Below, piece after piece: positions 46,087 through 56,101 of a DNA stretch of 64,000 nucleotides. The translations under genes were made by a program, and so were the position numbers. The notes below the pieces were generated by a model. It was not told the origin of the DNA and searched no databases. It saw only the letters and a list, made by a program, of their open reading frames with translations. Source of the stretch: Vulcanimicrobiota bacterium. Lineage in GTDB: Bacteria > Vulcanimicrobiota > Xenobia > Xenobiales > QWHO01. How positions within the stretch are numbered: the stretch's first letter is position 1; each line of letters starts with the position of its first letter. Location: the NCBI GenBank assembly GCA_963169765.1, contig CAUJEN010000184.1:16468-80467 (forward strand). Reading direction: 5' to 3'.

Positions 46087-46878
46087 TCAATCCTTCCCTG
46101 CCGCCCGCCAACTCTCCAGGAGCTCCCGGGTGGAGAGCTCGCCCAGGGGCCTGGTGCTCTTTTCCTCCATGGCTCGGAAGCGCCGGGCGAATTTGTGCAG
46201 AGTCCTCCGCAGGGCGGTCTCGGGATTCACGCCCAGTTTGCGGGCGGCGCTGACAGTGGCAAAGAGCAGGTCGCCGATCTCGGCTTCGGCCTCCTGGTGG
46301 GTGCGAGCCTGGCCCACTTCCTCGAGCTCCTCGGCCACCTTGGCCAGGGCGCTGGGAAGATCGGGCCAGTCGAAGCCCACCTCGGCAGCCCGGCCCTGCA
46401 CGCGCTCGGACTGCAAGAGGGCCGACAACTTGGAGGGAATGCCGTCGAGCAGCGATTCGCGCTTGCTGGCGCCCTTCTCTTCGAGCTTGATCTGCTCCCA
46501 GCGTTGCAGCACCTCGCCGGCCGTCTCCAGCGAGCCAGCCTCCCCGAAGACGTGGGGATGGCGGCGCACCATCTTGTCCACGATCCCCTGGCAGACGGCG
46601 TCAGCGTCGAAGTGCCCCGCTTCGCGGGCCATCTGGGCGTGGAACACGATCTGCAGCAGCACGTCGCCGAGCTCCTCGCGCATGCGCTCGAAGTCGAGCG
46701 CCTCGATGGCCTCCACCGCTTCGTAGGCTTCCTCCTCCAGGTAGCGCACCAGGGTGAGGTGGGTTTGCTCGCGGTCCCACGGACACCCCCCCTCGGCGCG
46801 CAGGGCCTGCATGATGGCGACCAGCCGCTCAAAAGGTCGCAGGCTCTCGAATTCGGGTGCTCCGGGTCGGGGAGTCAT
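46087..46878 (-). CDS. mazG: Nucleoside triphosphate pyrophosphohydrolase MazG
   Basis: Two MazG EExxE motifs (LEEEAYEAVEAI, ELEEV...EAEAEIGDLLF), ~260 aa. Confidence 0.85.
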   Translation of the reverse strand: MTPRPGAPEFESLRPFERLVAIMQALRAEGGCPWDREQTHLTLVRYLEEEAYEAVEAIEALDFERMREELGDVLLQIVFHAQMAREAGHFDADAVCQGIVDKMVRRHPHVFGEAGSLETAGEVLQRWEQIKLEEKGASKRESLLDGIPSKLSALLQSERVQGRAAEVGFDWPDLPSALAKVAEELEEVGQARTHQEAEAEIGDLLFATVSAARKLGVNPETALRRTLHKFARRFRAMEEKSTRPLGELSTRELLESWRAAGKD

Positions 46879-47708
46879 TTGTCCGCCTTCTCCCTGGGGA
46901 CGAGCTTGCGCTCGATCTTTGCCCCCTTCTCCAGGGCCTTGACGAAGTCGGTGCGGCGGGCCTCGAGCATGGATTCCTGCACGCTGGACTGGAGAGATTT
47001 GAAGTCGTCTTTCTTGCCGGTCACCTGCAACAGGTGGTAGCCGAATCGAGTCGGCACGACTGAGGAAACCTCGCCGACCTCGGTCTGGAAGGCGATCTCG
47101 GAAACGGTGGGATCGATCTCACCGCGCCGGAAATAACCCAGATCGCCTCCCTTGTTGCGGCTGGATTCGTCCAGGGAATGCTCACGAGCCAGTTTGGCGA
47201 AGTCGGCTCCTTCCATGAGCTTGATCTCCAGGCGCTGAGCCTCCTCCTCCGTGGCGCTCAGGATGTGCCGGGCCCGCACCATCTCGAGATCCTCCTGGTG
47301 CACCTCGAAGTAGGTTTTCTGCTGCTCGGTGGTGATGCTGGACAGGATCAGCTTGTCCAGCAGCATCACGGTGGCCAGGTTGCGCTCCAGGTCGGCCCGG
47401 GTGACCCGTCCTGCCTCGATCATCGCTTTGACGGACGGCTCGGTCATCATCGCGTCCACGCGCTTGTCGAGCTCCTCGGGGGTGATGGTGATCTTGCGCT
47501 TGCTGGCTTCCTGAGCCACCAGGCGGGCCTTGATCATGTCGTTGAGCACCTCGGCCCCGAAGCGAGCCTCCAGCTCCCTGCTCAAATCGCCTTGAGCGAT
47601 TCGTTCGCCGTTGACGTGGGCCACGGTCGATGCAGAGCCCCGGCCCCCGGCCAGATAGCCCAGCCCGAACCCCCCTGCCAGCAAGGCGATGGCCACCAAG
47701 ATTCGCAT
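46875..47708 (-). CDS. Peptidyl-prolyl cis-trans isomerase, parvulin family (SurA/PrsA-like), start at MRILVAIALLAGG
   Basis: Signal/anchor MRILVAIALLAGGFGLGYLAG; parvulin motifs RARHIL...GGDLGYF...GYHLLQV. Confidence 0.75.
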   Translation of the reverse strand: MRILVAIALLAGGFGLGYLAGGRGSASTVAHVNGERIAQGDLSRELEARFGAEVLNDMIKARLVAQEASKRKITITPEELDKRVDAMMTEPSVKAMIEAGRVTRADLERNLATVMLLDKLILSSITTEQQKTYFEVHQEDLEMVRARHILSATEEEAQRLEIKLMEGADFAKLAREHSLDESSRNKGGDLGYFRRGEIDPTVSEIAFQTEVGEVSSVVPTRFGYHLLQVTGKKDDFKSLQSSVQESMLEARRTDFVKALEKGAKIERKLVPREKADK

Positions 47709-47815
47709 TCCACGCAAAGCCGGGGAGGATTCCTTTCCTCCGGGCTCACTCCTCCAAGGAAAACCTGGATACTCCACGAACTTTTCGGCCCTTGCTGATT
47801 CCTGACTGGCTCAAA

Positions 47816-48901
47816 GTGGTCGACGCCTCAACCGAGCGGTTGGTGCTTTCCCGTCCCCGGGGGCAACTGGCGGCGGTCTGGGCGCTGTTGATCGCTGTAT
47901 TGCTGGGGTTGGCCTACACCTTCACACCGCTGCCCATTCCGGCCGATCTCTTCTTTCTGCCGGTTATCCTGGGGGCCTTCGTCTTCGGCTCCCGAGGTCT
48001 GGTCGTTCTCCCGATCGCCCTGGTGGCTTACCATCTTGCCTGGCTGCGCCACGGAATCCCGTGGACGGCGCAGGTTTTGCCCGACCTGGTGCAGATGCTG
48101 CAGTGGAGCCTGGTGGCCCTGTTCATCGTGGTCACCCTGGACAAGTTCAAGGACGTCAAGCGGCTGCAGGCAAGGGTGCAAAAAGACATGAGCCTGGCTC
48201 GCACCCTGCAGATGGCCCTCACGCCGGCCGACTACGACTTCGGCCGCATGCGGATCTGCGGAGTCCTGCACCAGTCCGCCACGGTGGGTGGGGATTACTT
48301 TTATTTCCGACCCTTTCAAGAGCACTACGTGGTCTTCTGCGTGGGAGACGTGATGGGCAAGGGGATCCCGGCCTCGATGCTGATGGCGATCATCATGTCG
48401 TTCATGTACGAATGGGGCAAGCAGAGCCCCTCTCCCTCGGTGGTCATCGACAAGCTCAATCGTCGCCTGGTGCGTCTGGCCAGCCACGACTCCAACTGGT
48501 TCACCACCCTGTTCTATGCTGTCTACGATGAGGAGACGTTTACCCTGACCTACGCCTCGGCCGGCCAGAACCAGGGACTCGTTCTGCGCAAGGACGGCCA
48601 GGTCGAGCTGGCCCGCTCGGACGGAATTCCGGTGGGCATCTTCGAGCAGGTGCAGTGGGAAGAGCGCAGCCTCAAGCTGGAGGAAGGCGACCGCGTGCTC
48701 TTGTTTACCGACGGGGTGAACGAGGCACGCAGCCCGGACGGGGAGATCTTTACCCTCGACCGGCTCACCCAGCTGGTGAAAGACCACCGCAACCTGGATT
48801 GCCATGGTCTTCTCAAGAAAATCGAGGACGCGGTGGCGGTCCACTCGGGCGGGAAGCTGACCGACGACATGGCGGTGCTGCTGGCCGAGGTCAAGCGCTG
48901 A
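47816..48901 (+). CDS. PP2C-family serine/threonine phosphatase (SpoIIE/RsbU-like) with N-terminal membrane domain; start approximate
   Basis: GDVMGKGIPASMLMA, LLFTDGVNEA, DDMAVLLAEV motifs; 3 N-terminal TM helices. Confidence 0.7.
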   Translation: MVDASTERLVLSRPRGQLAAVWALLIAVLLGLAYTFTPLPIPADLFFLPVILGAFVFGSRGLVVLPIALVAYHLAWLRHGIPWTAQVLPDLVQMLQWSLVALFIVVTLDKFKDVKRLQARVQKDMSLARTLQMALTPADYDFGRMRICGVLHQSATVGGDYFYFRPFQEHYVVFCVGDVMGKGIPASMLMAIIMSFMYEWGKQSPSPSVVIDKLNRRLVRLASHDSNWFTTLFYAVYDEETFTLTYASAGQNQGLVLRKDGQVELARSDGIPVGIFEQVQWEERSLKLEEGDRVLLFTDGVNEARSPDGEIFTLDRLTQLVKDHRNLDCHGLLKKIEDAVAVHSGGKLTDDMAVLLAEVKR

Positions 48902-50696
48902 GCACGGCCAGGAACTCATCCCCGTAACGACCCAGTTTCACCTCGCCCCAGCCCGAGATGCGCGAAAGCTCGGCCCGGCTGGCGGGGCGCGAGCGGGCCA
49001 TCTCGATCAGAGTGGAGTCATGTAGCACGCAGTAAGGGGGCAGGCTCTGCTCCTGGGCCAGCTCGCGTCGCCTGGTCTTCAAGCGGGCCAGCAGGGCTTC
49101 GTCCACGTCCGCGTCCAGACTGGCAGAGCGAGGAGCGGACTTGCTCGAGCGCTTGCGGTCCCGACGCAGCTCGATGCGCTCCAGGCCCTTGAGCAGAGCC
49201 GGGCTGCGCGCGGTGAAGGTCAGGCTGCCGTGCCCGGCCAGATCGACCGTGAGGTAGCCGGCCGCCACCAGCTGGCGGAAGACCGAGCTCCACTGCTTTT
49301 CGTCCAGCTCCTTGCCCACCCCGAAGGTGGGCAAGGACCCATGGCCGAGCGAGCGCATCCGCGGGGTCTCGTGACCGCGCAACAGGTCGATCAGATGGCC
49401 GGCACCGAACCTCTGGCCGGTGCGATAGACGGCCGACAGGGCTTTCTGGCTCACCTCGGTGCCGTCCCAGCTCTCCACCGGGGCCAGGCAAGTATCGCAG
49501 TTGCCGCAGGGGGCGCAGCTGTCGGAGAAGTAATCCAGCAGCACCTGGCGCCGACAGCGCACCGTCTCGCAGTAGCCGAGCAGGGCATTGAGCCGACGCT
49601 GCTCGATGCGCTTGAAGGCATCGTGGGCATGCGACTGAGCGCTCATCTGGCGATGGGCCACCACGTCTGCAAAGCCGTAGGCCATCCAGGCCTCAGCCGG
49701 CAGCCCGTCGCGGCCGGCTCGACCGGTCTCCTGGTAGTAGGCCTCGATCGAGCGAGGCATGTCCAGGTGCACCACGTAGCGAACGTCCGGCTTATCGATG
49801 CCCATTCCGAAGGCGATGGTGGCCACCACGATCAGTCCGCTCTCGCGCAGGAACCTTTCTTGATGGAGGTTGCGCACCTCGGTGTCGAGTCCGGCGTGGT
49901 AGGGAACCGCCCTCCGCCCTTGCTGCACGAGCCAGGCGCTGACTTCCTCCACCTTACGGCGGGACAGGCAGTAGACGATGCCGCTCTGGTCGATCGGACG
50001 CTCGCGCAGGAACTCGAGCAATTGCTTCTTGCCGTTCTCCTTGGGCACCACCGTGTAGCGGATGTTGGGCCGGTCGTAGCCGCCGATGAAGGAGCGGGCC
50101 TGGTGCAGCCCGAGCCGGGCCAGGATATCCTCGCGGGTGGCCTGGTCGGCCGTGGCCGTCAGGGCCAGCCGCGGCACAGCCGGAAACTCCTCGTGCAGAC
50201 GGCTCAACTCCAGGTACTCGGGTCGGAAGTCGTGCCCCCACTGCGAGACGCAGTGGGCCTCGTCGATGGCGAACAGAGAGGGCTCGAGCCGTTTGAGCAG
50301 GTTGCGGAAGCGCTCGGTGGCCACCCGCTCGGGAGCTACGTAGAGCAGCTTGAGTTGGCCGCTGACGGCCTGGCTCTCAACCTCGCGGGCCTGCTCCAGG
50401 GATAGACTTGAATTCAAGTAGGCGGCCGCCACGCCACACTGGCGAAGGGCCTGTACCTGGTCGCGCATGAGTGCGATCAGAGGCGAGACGACCACCGCCA
50501 GGCCCGGCTTGACCAGAGCTGGAATCTGATAGCAGAGCGACTTGCCCGACCCGGTGGGCATGATGACCAGGGCATCCCGGCCCTGCAAAACGTGGCCGAT
50601 GACGTCGGCCTGCAATCCTCGAAAAGACTCGTAGCCGAAGACGCTCTTGAGAAGGTGAAGTGGGGTGCTCACACCCCGATGATTAGTTTCTTTCAA
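48891..50696 (-). CDS. recQ: ATP-dependent DNA helicase RecQ
   Basis: Motif I MPTGSGKSLCYQ, DEAHCVSQWGHDFRP, RQC zinc-binding Cys cluster, C-terminal HRDC-like region. Confidence 0.92.
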   Translation of the reverse strand: MKETNHRGVSTPLHLLKSVFGYESFRGLQADVIGHVLQGRDALVIMPTGSGKSLCYQIPALVKPGLAVVVSPLIALMRDQVQALRQCGVAAAYLNSSLSLEQAREVESQAVSGQLKLLYVAPERVATERFRNLLKRLEPSLFAIDEAHCVSQWGHDFRPEYLELSRLHEEFPAVPRLALTATADQATREDILARLGLHQARSFIGGYDRPNIRYTVVPKENGKKQLLEFLRERPIDQSGIVYCLSRRKVEEVSAWLVQQGRRAVPYHAGLDTEVRNLHQERFLRESGLIVVATIAFGMGIDKPDVRYVVHLDMPRSIEAYYQETGRAGRDGLPAEAWMAYGFADVVAHRQMSAQSHAHDAFKRIEQRRLNALLGYCETVRCRRQVLLDYFSDSCAPCGNCDTCLAPVESWDGTEVSQKALSAVYRTGQRFGAGHLIDLLRGHETPRMRSLGHGSLPTFGVGKELDEKQWSSVFRQLVAAGYLTVDLAGHGSLTFTARSPALLKGLERIELRRDRKRSSKSAPRSASLDADVDEALLARLKTRRRELAQEQSLPPYCVLHDSTLIEMARSRPASRAELSRISGWGEVKLGRYGDEFLAVLSA

Positions 50697-50728
50697 CCCG
50701 GCCTCCTGTCGAACACAGGTTAAGATTT

Positions 50729-50756
50729 TTCAACAGTTGCGCAGGCTTGCTACAAT
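50729..50756 (+). promoter_or_regulatory. Candidate sigma70-like promoter (TTCAAC-16 nt-TACAAT) in the RecQ / beta-propeller divergent intergenic region
   Basis: Spacing and -10 hexamer match; orientation toward gene starting 50778. Confidence 0.25.
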
Positions 50757-50777
50757 AGGATCGGAGGGCGATTCTCC

Positions 50778-51719
50778 TTGCAAAAGCTCGTCACCGTTTT
50801 GCTGGTAGGCTTGCTCCTGGCCACCGCTCGCGCCGATAGCCCGCGTCAGGTCTTGACCGCCCAGTGGGAGCCTTCCGGCCAGCGCCTGGCGATGCTGGTG
50901 GGAGGTCCCGGCACTCTCGAGCTCTGGGTTCTCGGTCGCGAAGGGCAGATGTTCAAGCAGGCTTTGCCTCAGCGTGGGCTCTCTCTGGTCGGCTGGACCT
51001 CCCAGGGCCAGATCGTGCTCGACGAGGGACAGGGGGGCGTGCGCATCCTGACTCCCGGCGGCCCTGAGAGCCGCATCCAGTTGCCGGCGGCGGCCGTTCC
51101 GCTGAGCTGCAACGGCCAGGAGGCCTTTTTCCTGAGCACCGACAACCGCTACCTGCTGGCCGTCGATCTGAGCGGGCGGACCCGAGTGGTCGCTCCTTTG
51201 CCCGAAGGCATCCGGGCCTCGGCCACGCTGGCGCCGGATGGCAAGCAATTGGTGCTGCGCCGCACGGTGCGCGGCAAAGACTCCTGGAGCAGCGAGATCT
51301 GGCTGGTCAAGAATGGCACCGCTCAGATGGTCTCCCGGGTGCCCGCCTCCTACGTCGGGGTCCAGTGGCATCCGCGCGAGGATAGCCTGCTGCTCAATTA
51401 TCCCAAGTCGGACGGAAGCTGGGGCTCTCGCATTGTGCACCTGGCTCGTCCCAAGAGCCCGGTTGTCCTCAAGGGTCTGAGCTCCCCTGTGCAGTGGGAC
51501 AGCCAGGGGCGGCTCTACACGGCCGACGCCACCGGCGTGTGGTCGGACGGCAAGGCTGTGCAGCGCTGGGGCAACGACGTCTCTCGCCTGAAGCTCTGGG
51601 CGGTCTCGCCCGATGGCCAGAGGGTGCTGGTTTCCTGGGAAACAGCCGGCGACAAAGCGCCCGCCTACCTCTTCCAGGTTGGTCAGCCAGGGGCTCCTGT
51701 CGTGGTTCTGGCCCCCTGA
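50778..51719 (+). CDS. Secreted TolB-like/WD40-like beta-propeller protein
   Basis: Signal peptide LVTVLLVGLLLATARA; repeated DG-x-x-L/V-x-x propeller blades. Confidence 0.55.
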   Translation: MQKLVTVLLVGLLLATARADSPRQVLTAQWEPSGQRLAMLVGGPGTLELWVLGREGQMFKQALPQRGLSLVGWTSQGQIVLDEGQGGVRILTPGGPESRIQLPAAAVPLSCNGQEAFFLSTDNRYLLAVDLSGRTRVVAPLPEGIRASATLAPDGKQLVLRRTVRGKDSWSSEIWLVKNGTAQMVSRVPASYVGVQWHPREDSLLLNYPKSDGSWGSRIVHLARPKSPVVLKGLSSPVQWDSQGRLYTADATGVWSDGKAVQRWGNDVSRLKLWAVSPDGQRVLVSWETAGDKAPAYLFQVGQPGAPVVVLAP

Positions 51720-51833
51720 AGGGGGATCTGAGTCCTTCTGAGGCGCCGTGCCTACACTTCTGCGCGTTCCAGTTCTCAAGAGGTCAACGCGCGGGAGTGT
51801 AGAACCGCACCGGCATGCGAAAGTACGCCTTCA

Positions 51834-52157
51834 TTGCTGATAGCCCTCATCACTCTGGCCCTGCCGGCCCTGGCAGGTGACCAGGACTTCCAGCTCTTCA
51901 ACCGCACGGGCGTGGACATCTTCGCCCTCTACGTCGCCCCGGCCGACTCCAACGACTGGGAAGAGGACCTGCTCGACGGCAAGCAGCTCATCGCTGGCGG
52001 CGACGTCCTGGTCCGCTTCGCCCCCGATACCGAGGCCGCAATGTGGGATATCCGGGTAGAGGACTCCGACGGCAACTCGCTCGAGTGGCACGATGTGGAT
52101 CTGATCACGGCTACCCAGGTCATTCTGGAGCCCGGCGGACTGGCTCGCATCAAGTAA
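51834..52157 (+). CDS. Small secreted hypothetical protein (TTG start)
   Basis: Hydrophobic N-terminus LIALITLALPALAG; protein-like. Confidence 0.35.
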   Translation: MLIALITLALPALAGDQDFQLFNRTGVDIFALYVAPADSNDWEEDLLDGKQLIAGGDVLVRFAPDTEAAMWDIRVEDSDGNSLEWHDVDLITATQVILEPGGLARIK

Positions 52158-52304
52158 GATTCAGCGGTCGAACGGCATTCGTGGAGAGCCCTGCGCGTGC
52201 GGGGCTCTTTTCCTTTACGCAAGTATCCAGACCTCGCTGGCTCGCCATGTTCGAATTGTTCAAAACTCGTTCACCCTCCTGGGGCTCGGACCCGTTAGGA
52301 TGCA

Positions 52305-54461
52305 ATGGCCATCAGCACAGGAGGAATCATGATCCACTCCCTCAACTCGTTCCCGGTCACACCCTACGGCGCCCCCGCCGCGGCTGCCGCGCCGCTCAGA
52401 AACGAGGGGCCAGAGGATTCGGTGCAGCTCAACCTGTCCCAGGTCTTGCAGGAGACGGCCGAAGAGGCTGCCTCGCTCGAGACCAAGCTGGCCGAGCACT
52501 ACGAGGGGGAGGTGCTGGTCAAGCTCAAGCCGGGAATGACCTTGCAGGGAATGGAGGACTTCGCTTCGCGTTACGGCGCCAGCCTGATCGAGCGCTTCCG
52601 GGTGCCCGACCAGATGCTGCAAGAGTTCGGGGGCGACCTGGTCCACCTCAAGCTGGCGGACGGAATGACTACCGCTCAGGCCATCGCCGCCCTGGAGAAG
52701 GACTCCCAGGTGGCTTACGCCTGCGCCAACGACGTGCTGAAGGCGACCGAGCAGAAGATCCCCAACGACCTGGACAACCGCCTCTGGGGCATGCGCAACA
52801 TCGAGGCCCCCGAGGCCTGGAACGTGACAACGGGGAAGCGCGAGGGTGGCCCGGTGGTGTGCGTCATCGACACCGGCGTGGACTACAATCACCCGGACCT
52901 TCGCAACAACATGTGGCGTAACCCCGGCGAGGTCCCGGGCGACGGCATCGACAACGACGGCAACGGCCTGGTGGACGACGTCTTCGGCATCAACAGCTTC
53001 GCCAACAACGGCAACCCGCTCGACGATCACAGCCATGGCTCCCATTGCTCCGGCTCCATCGCCGGCGAGGGCAACAACGGCCAGGGAGTGGTGGGCGTGA
53101 ACTGGGAAGGCCAGATCATGGCCGCCAAGTTCCTCTCCGGCTCGGGCTCGGGCTCCACGGCCGGGGCCATCAAAGCGGTGATGTACGCCACCGAGAAAGG
53201 CGCCCGCATCACCTCGAACTCATGGGGTGGCGGGGGTTTCAACCAGGCTCTTTATGACTCGCTCAAAGCCTCCCCTGCCCTGCACATCTTCGCGGCCGGC
53301 AACGAGTCCAACAACAACGATAGTAGCCCCGCCTACCCGGCTTCCTATGACCTGGGCAACATCGTCTCGGTAGCGGCCCTGGACAGCCGCGACCGACTCG
53401 CCTCCTTCTCCAACTATGGCGCCACCACGGTGGACATCGGCGCGCCCGGCGTGGACATTTACTCCACCGTGAAGGATGGACGCTACGGCAGCATGAGCGG
53501 CACCTCTATGGCTTGCCCCCACGTTTCCGGAGTGGCAGCCCTGGTGGTCTCGGCCTTCCCCAACGCCTCCAACGAGGAGATCAAGGACCGCCTCCTGCGG
53601 GGCGCCATCCCGATCCCGGCCCTGAGCGGCAAAGCGCTTACGGGCGGCAAGCTCAACGCCAAGAACGCTCTCGAGAACGACCAGACCCCTCCCTCGGCTC
53701 CGGCCAACTTCGGCAGCCGCACGGTCAACTCGCGCCTGGTCAGCCTGGGCTGGGTGGCTCCTGGCGATGACGGTACCGAGGGCAACGCCTCGAGCTATGA
53801 GCTGCGCATGTCCGACCAGCCCATTACCGACGAGGCGTCCTTCCAGCGAGCCACCCTGATTCCGACCGCTCGCCCTCAGAGTTCTGGCCTGGAGGAGAAC
53901 GCGCGGGTCGATCTCACCCCGTCCGGCTCCGAGCGCACCCTCCACTTCGCCCTCAAGGCCGTCGACAACGCAGGCAACGGCTCAGATCTCTCCAGCGCCC
54001 AGGTCCAGGTTCCCGCGGCCCGGGTGGCTTTCGAGGACAACGCCGATGGCGGAGCCGAGAAGTGGACGGCCCAGGGCACCTGGGCCCAGGTCGAGATGCC
54101 GGGCCGCGGTAAGGTCTGGACCGACAGCCCCGGCGGCAACTATGGGAACAAGAAGGACTGGTCGGTCACCAGCCAGAGCTTCTCACTGGCCGGGATGACC
54201 GGGTCGCGCCTCTACTTCGATCTCAAGCACCAGATGGAGGAGCGGCACGACAACCTGTTCGTGGAGGCCAGCCAGGATGGCGGACGCCGTTGGAGCCCGC
54301 TGGCAAACTTCACGGGAGACTCGGACTGGAAGAAGCAATCCATCGATCTGTCGGCCTTCGACGGCAAGGACGTGCAGGTGCGCTTCCGTCTCAAGACCGA
54401 CCGCTCGATCACGGCCGACGGAGTCTACTTCGACAACGTGGTGGTGGCAGGCAACGACTGA
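52305..54461 (+). CDS. Subtilisin-like serine peptidase (S8 family) with N-terminal propeptide and C-terminal FN3-like + jelly-roll domains
   Basis: Catalytic triad motifs VCVIDTGVDYNHPDL (Asp), HGSHCSGSIAG (His), GTSMACPHVSGVAAL (Ser); FN3-like PSAPANF...YELRM. Confidence 0.9.
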   Translation: MAISTGGIMIHSLNSFPVTPYGAPAAAAAPLRNEGPEDSVQLNLSQVLQETAEEAASLETKLAEHYEGEVLVKLKPGMTLQGMEDFASRYGASLIERFRVPDQMLQEFGGDLVHLKLADGMTTAQAIAALEKDSQVAYACANDVLKATEQKIPNDLDNRLWGMRNIEAPEAWNVTTGKREGGPVVCVIDTGVDYNHPDLRNNMWRNPGEVPGDGIDNDGNGLVDDVFGINSFANNGNPLDDHSHGSHCSGSIAGEGNNGQGVVGVNWEGQIMAAKFLSGSGSGSTAGAIKAVMYATEKGARITSNSWGGGGFNQALYDSLKASPALHIFAAGNESNNNDSSPAYPASYDLGNIVSVAALDSRDRLASFSNYGATTVDIGAPGVDIYSTVKDGRYGSMSGTSMACPHVSGVAALVVSAFPNASNEEIKDRLLRGAIPIPALSGKALTGGKLNAKNALENDQTPPSAPANFGSRTVNSRLVSLGWVAPGDDGTEGNASSYELRMSDQPITDEASFQRATLIPTARPQSSGLEENARVDLTPSGSERTLHFALKAVDNAGNGSDLSSAQVQVPAARVAFEDNADGGAEKWTAQGTWAQVEMPGRGKVWTDSPGGNYGNKKDWSVTSQSFSLAGMTGSRLYFDLKHQMEERHDNLFVEASQDGGRRWSPLANFTGDSDWKKQSIDLSAFDGKDVQVRFRLKTDRSITADGVYFDNVVVAGND

Positions 54462-54502
54462 CTGAACGGTTACGAGCGCATCCCAGCTATCAACCGGACT
54501 TC

Positions 54503-54690
54503 TCCCCGGATCGGAGCCCCGAATGCGTTTTCGTCGTGATCCTGCTCGGAAGCGGATCATGATCCCTCTCCGGACCGGAGCCCGAACGCGCTTTCGTCGT
54601 AATCCTGCTCGGAAGCGGATCATGATCCATCCCCGGATCGGAGGCCCGCTGTTTCGTCGCGATCCTGCTCGAAAGCGGAGCGGGGATTAC
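54503..54690. repeat. Tandem direct repeat, ~63 bp x 3 (approx. 80-85% identity between units), intergenic between convergent genes
   Basis: Units begin tccccggatcggagccccgaatgcg / ctctccggaccggagcccgaacgcg / atccccggatcggaggcccgctg, each containing gatcctgctcggaagcgga(t/g)c. Confidence 0.8.
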
Positions 54691-55427
54691 AGGCTCAGAC
54701 AGAGCAGCACCGGGCAGTGGTCGGATACGTCCTCCCCGACAGGCTGCACTCGGCACTCCTCGACTTGTCCGGTCAGGGTCGGGGCTACCAGCGCGTAGTC
54801 GGTGCGAAAGCTGATGCCTTCTCGGACCGCGGTCACCCACTCTGAGGGCTGCCCCCGCAGATGCAGCGCGTCGCGCCAACCGACCCGGTGAAACTCGAAC
54901 ATCACGTCGCGGCGAGCCCGGCCATACTTGAGAATGCTCGCCCGCTCGAGTCGCTGGTCCAGGTCAGCGGGGTAGGGATCATAGGGAGACAACGAATTCA
55001 GGTCCGCCGCCAGCACAGCGCGCCGGTGTTGCAGTCCCAGCGTGCTCAGCCAGCGAGCCTCGGCCAGGCGCAGGTCCTCGTCGTGCCCGTCCATGTGGGT
55101 GGTCAGCACCTCCACGCCGCGCACGCTGGCGCGAGCCGCGCAATGAGCATTGACCCCCGGGTTGGCGTAAGTCACCCGATTCTCCAGGGGCCAGCGGCTG
55201 AGCAGGGCGACGTGATAGGCGAGCCCGCTCGCGCGCGGGCGGGCCAGTCCCAGAAAGGTCTCGGGCAAGTCAAGTGTGCGCGAGGCCTCCGCCAGCCGCG
55301 TCCCGTCCTCCCAGCCCAGGCATTCCTGCAGGGCCAGAACGTCCGGCGCCAGGTGCTTCAAGACTTCGAGGATCCGCCCGAAACGGCCCCCCCCTCCCCG
55401 GAAAATGTTCAAGGTCACGATGCGCAC
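54687..55427 (-). CDS. Endonuclease/exonuclease/phosphatase (EEP) family protein
   Basis: MRIVTLNIFRGG N-terminus, catalytic-type residues LALQE, DLNS, SDHCPV at C-terminus. Confidence 0.8.
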   Translation of the reverse strand: MRIVTLNIFRGGGGRFGRILEVLKHLAPDVLALQECLGWEDGTRLAEASRTLDLPETFLGLARPRASGLAYHVALLSRWPLENRVTYANPGVNAHCAARASVRGVEVLTTHMDGHDEDLRLAEARWLSTLGLQHRRAVLAADLNSLSPYDPYPADLDQRLERASILKYGRARRDVMFEFHRVGWRDALHLRGQPSEWVTAVREGISFRTDYALVAPTLTGQVEECRVQPVGEDVSDHCPVLLCLSL

Positions 55428-55578
55428 GCTGGATGATTCTTCAGCCCCTGGCAGAGCTCGCCTTTCGAACAGCCCTGGTAGTTTGTGACCGGTAAAATCG
55501 AACAGGTGTCTCCTAGCCAGAATATTTTTCTATGTTAGAATGGAATCATATTCAAGCCGAAGGAGACTCCGCGACCTG

Positions 55579-55935
55579 ATGATCGAGAACGAGTTGGTTG
55601 ACCTGAACTTGGACCAGATCGAGCAACTGGCCCGGCAGGCCTTCCGCCGCGGCGAGGGCAGCCCGGTGGTGATGGTGGTGGATCCGTGTGATGAGGAGGG
55701 ACTCGAGATGATCGATAGCCTCGACCTTCGCGACGTCAAGCTCGAGGAGGGCGTTCTCTCCACCACCCTGGCGGTCACTTCGCTCGAGGTCGCTTCCGAG
55801 CTGGTGGGTCGCGAGCTGGCCCAGCCGCCAGCCCCGGGTATGTTCCTGGTGCTCTCCATCCCGGCGGTGGACCAGGGTCAGCACTGGCTGCGGCTGGGCG
55901 CGAGCCAGCGCCAGCTTCTGGCCGAGTCGGCCTGA
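55579..55935 (+). CDS. Hypothetical small acidic protein
   Basis: AAGGAG RBS ~12 nt upstream of ATG 55579; AT-richer upstream region with TAGAAT -10-like box. Confidence 0.4.
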   Translation: MIENELVDLNLDQIEQLARQAFRRGEGSPVVMVVDPCDEEGLEMIDSLDLRDVKLEEGVLSTTLAVTSLEVASELVGRELAQPPAPGMFLVLSIPAVDQGQHWLRLGASQRQLLAESA

Positions 55936-56101
55936 CCTTCCGGCAGGCTCGGGGGCATTCACTCTGGTCCTGCATCGGCCTGAGAGATGCTGAGGTCCGT
56001 GGACCGCGCAGTCGAGGGAACGACTTACGCCGACGCGGCCGTTCAGGCCAGAAGCGCATGCTTACGCGCAAGCGGACTGGCTTTGAAGGCATGACCCTGG
56101 C

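Noticed and set aside
49230-50405. 391-aa + ORF
   Set aside because: Antisense to recQ
54503-54690. Possible CRISPR array
   Set aside because: The 63-bp units are contiguous tandem copies with no unique spacers and no cas genes nearby
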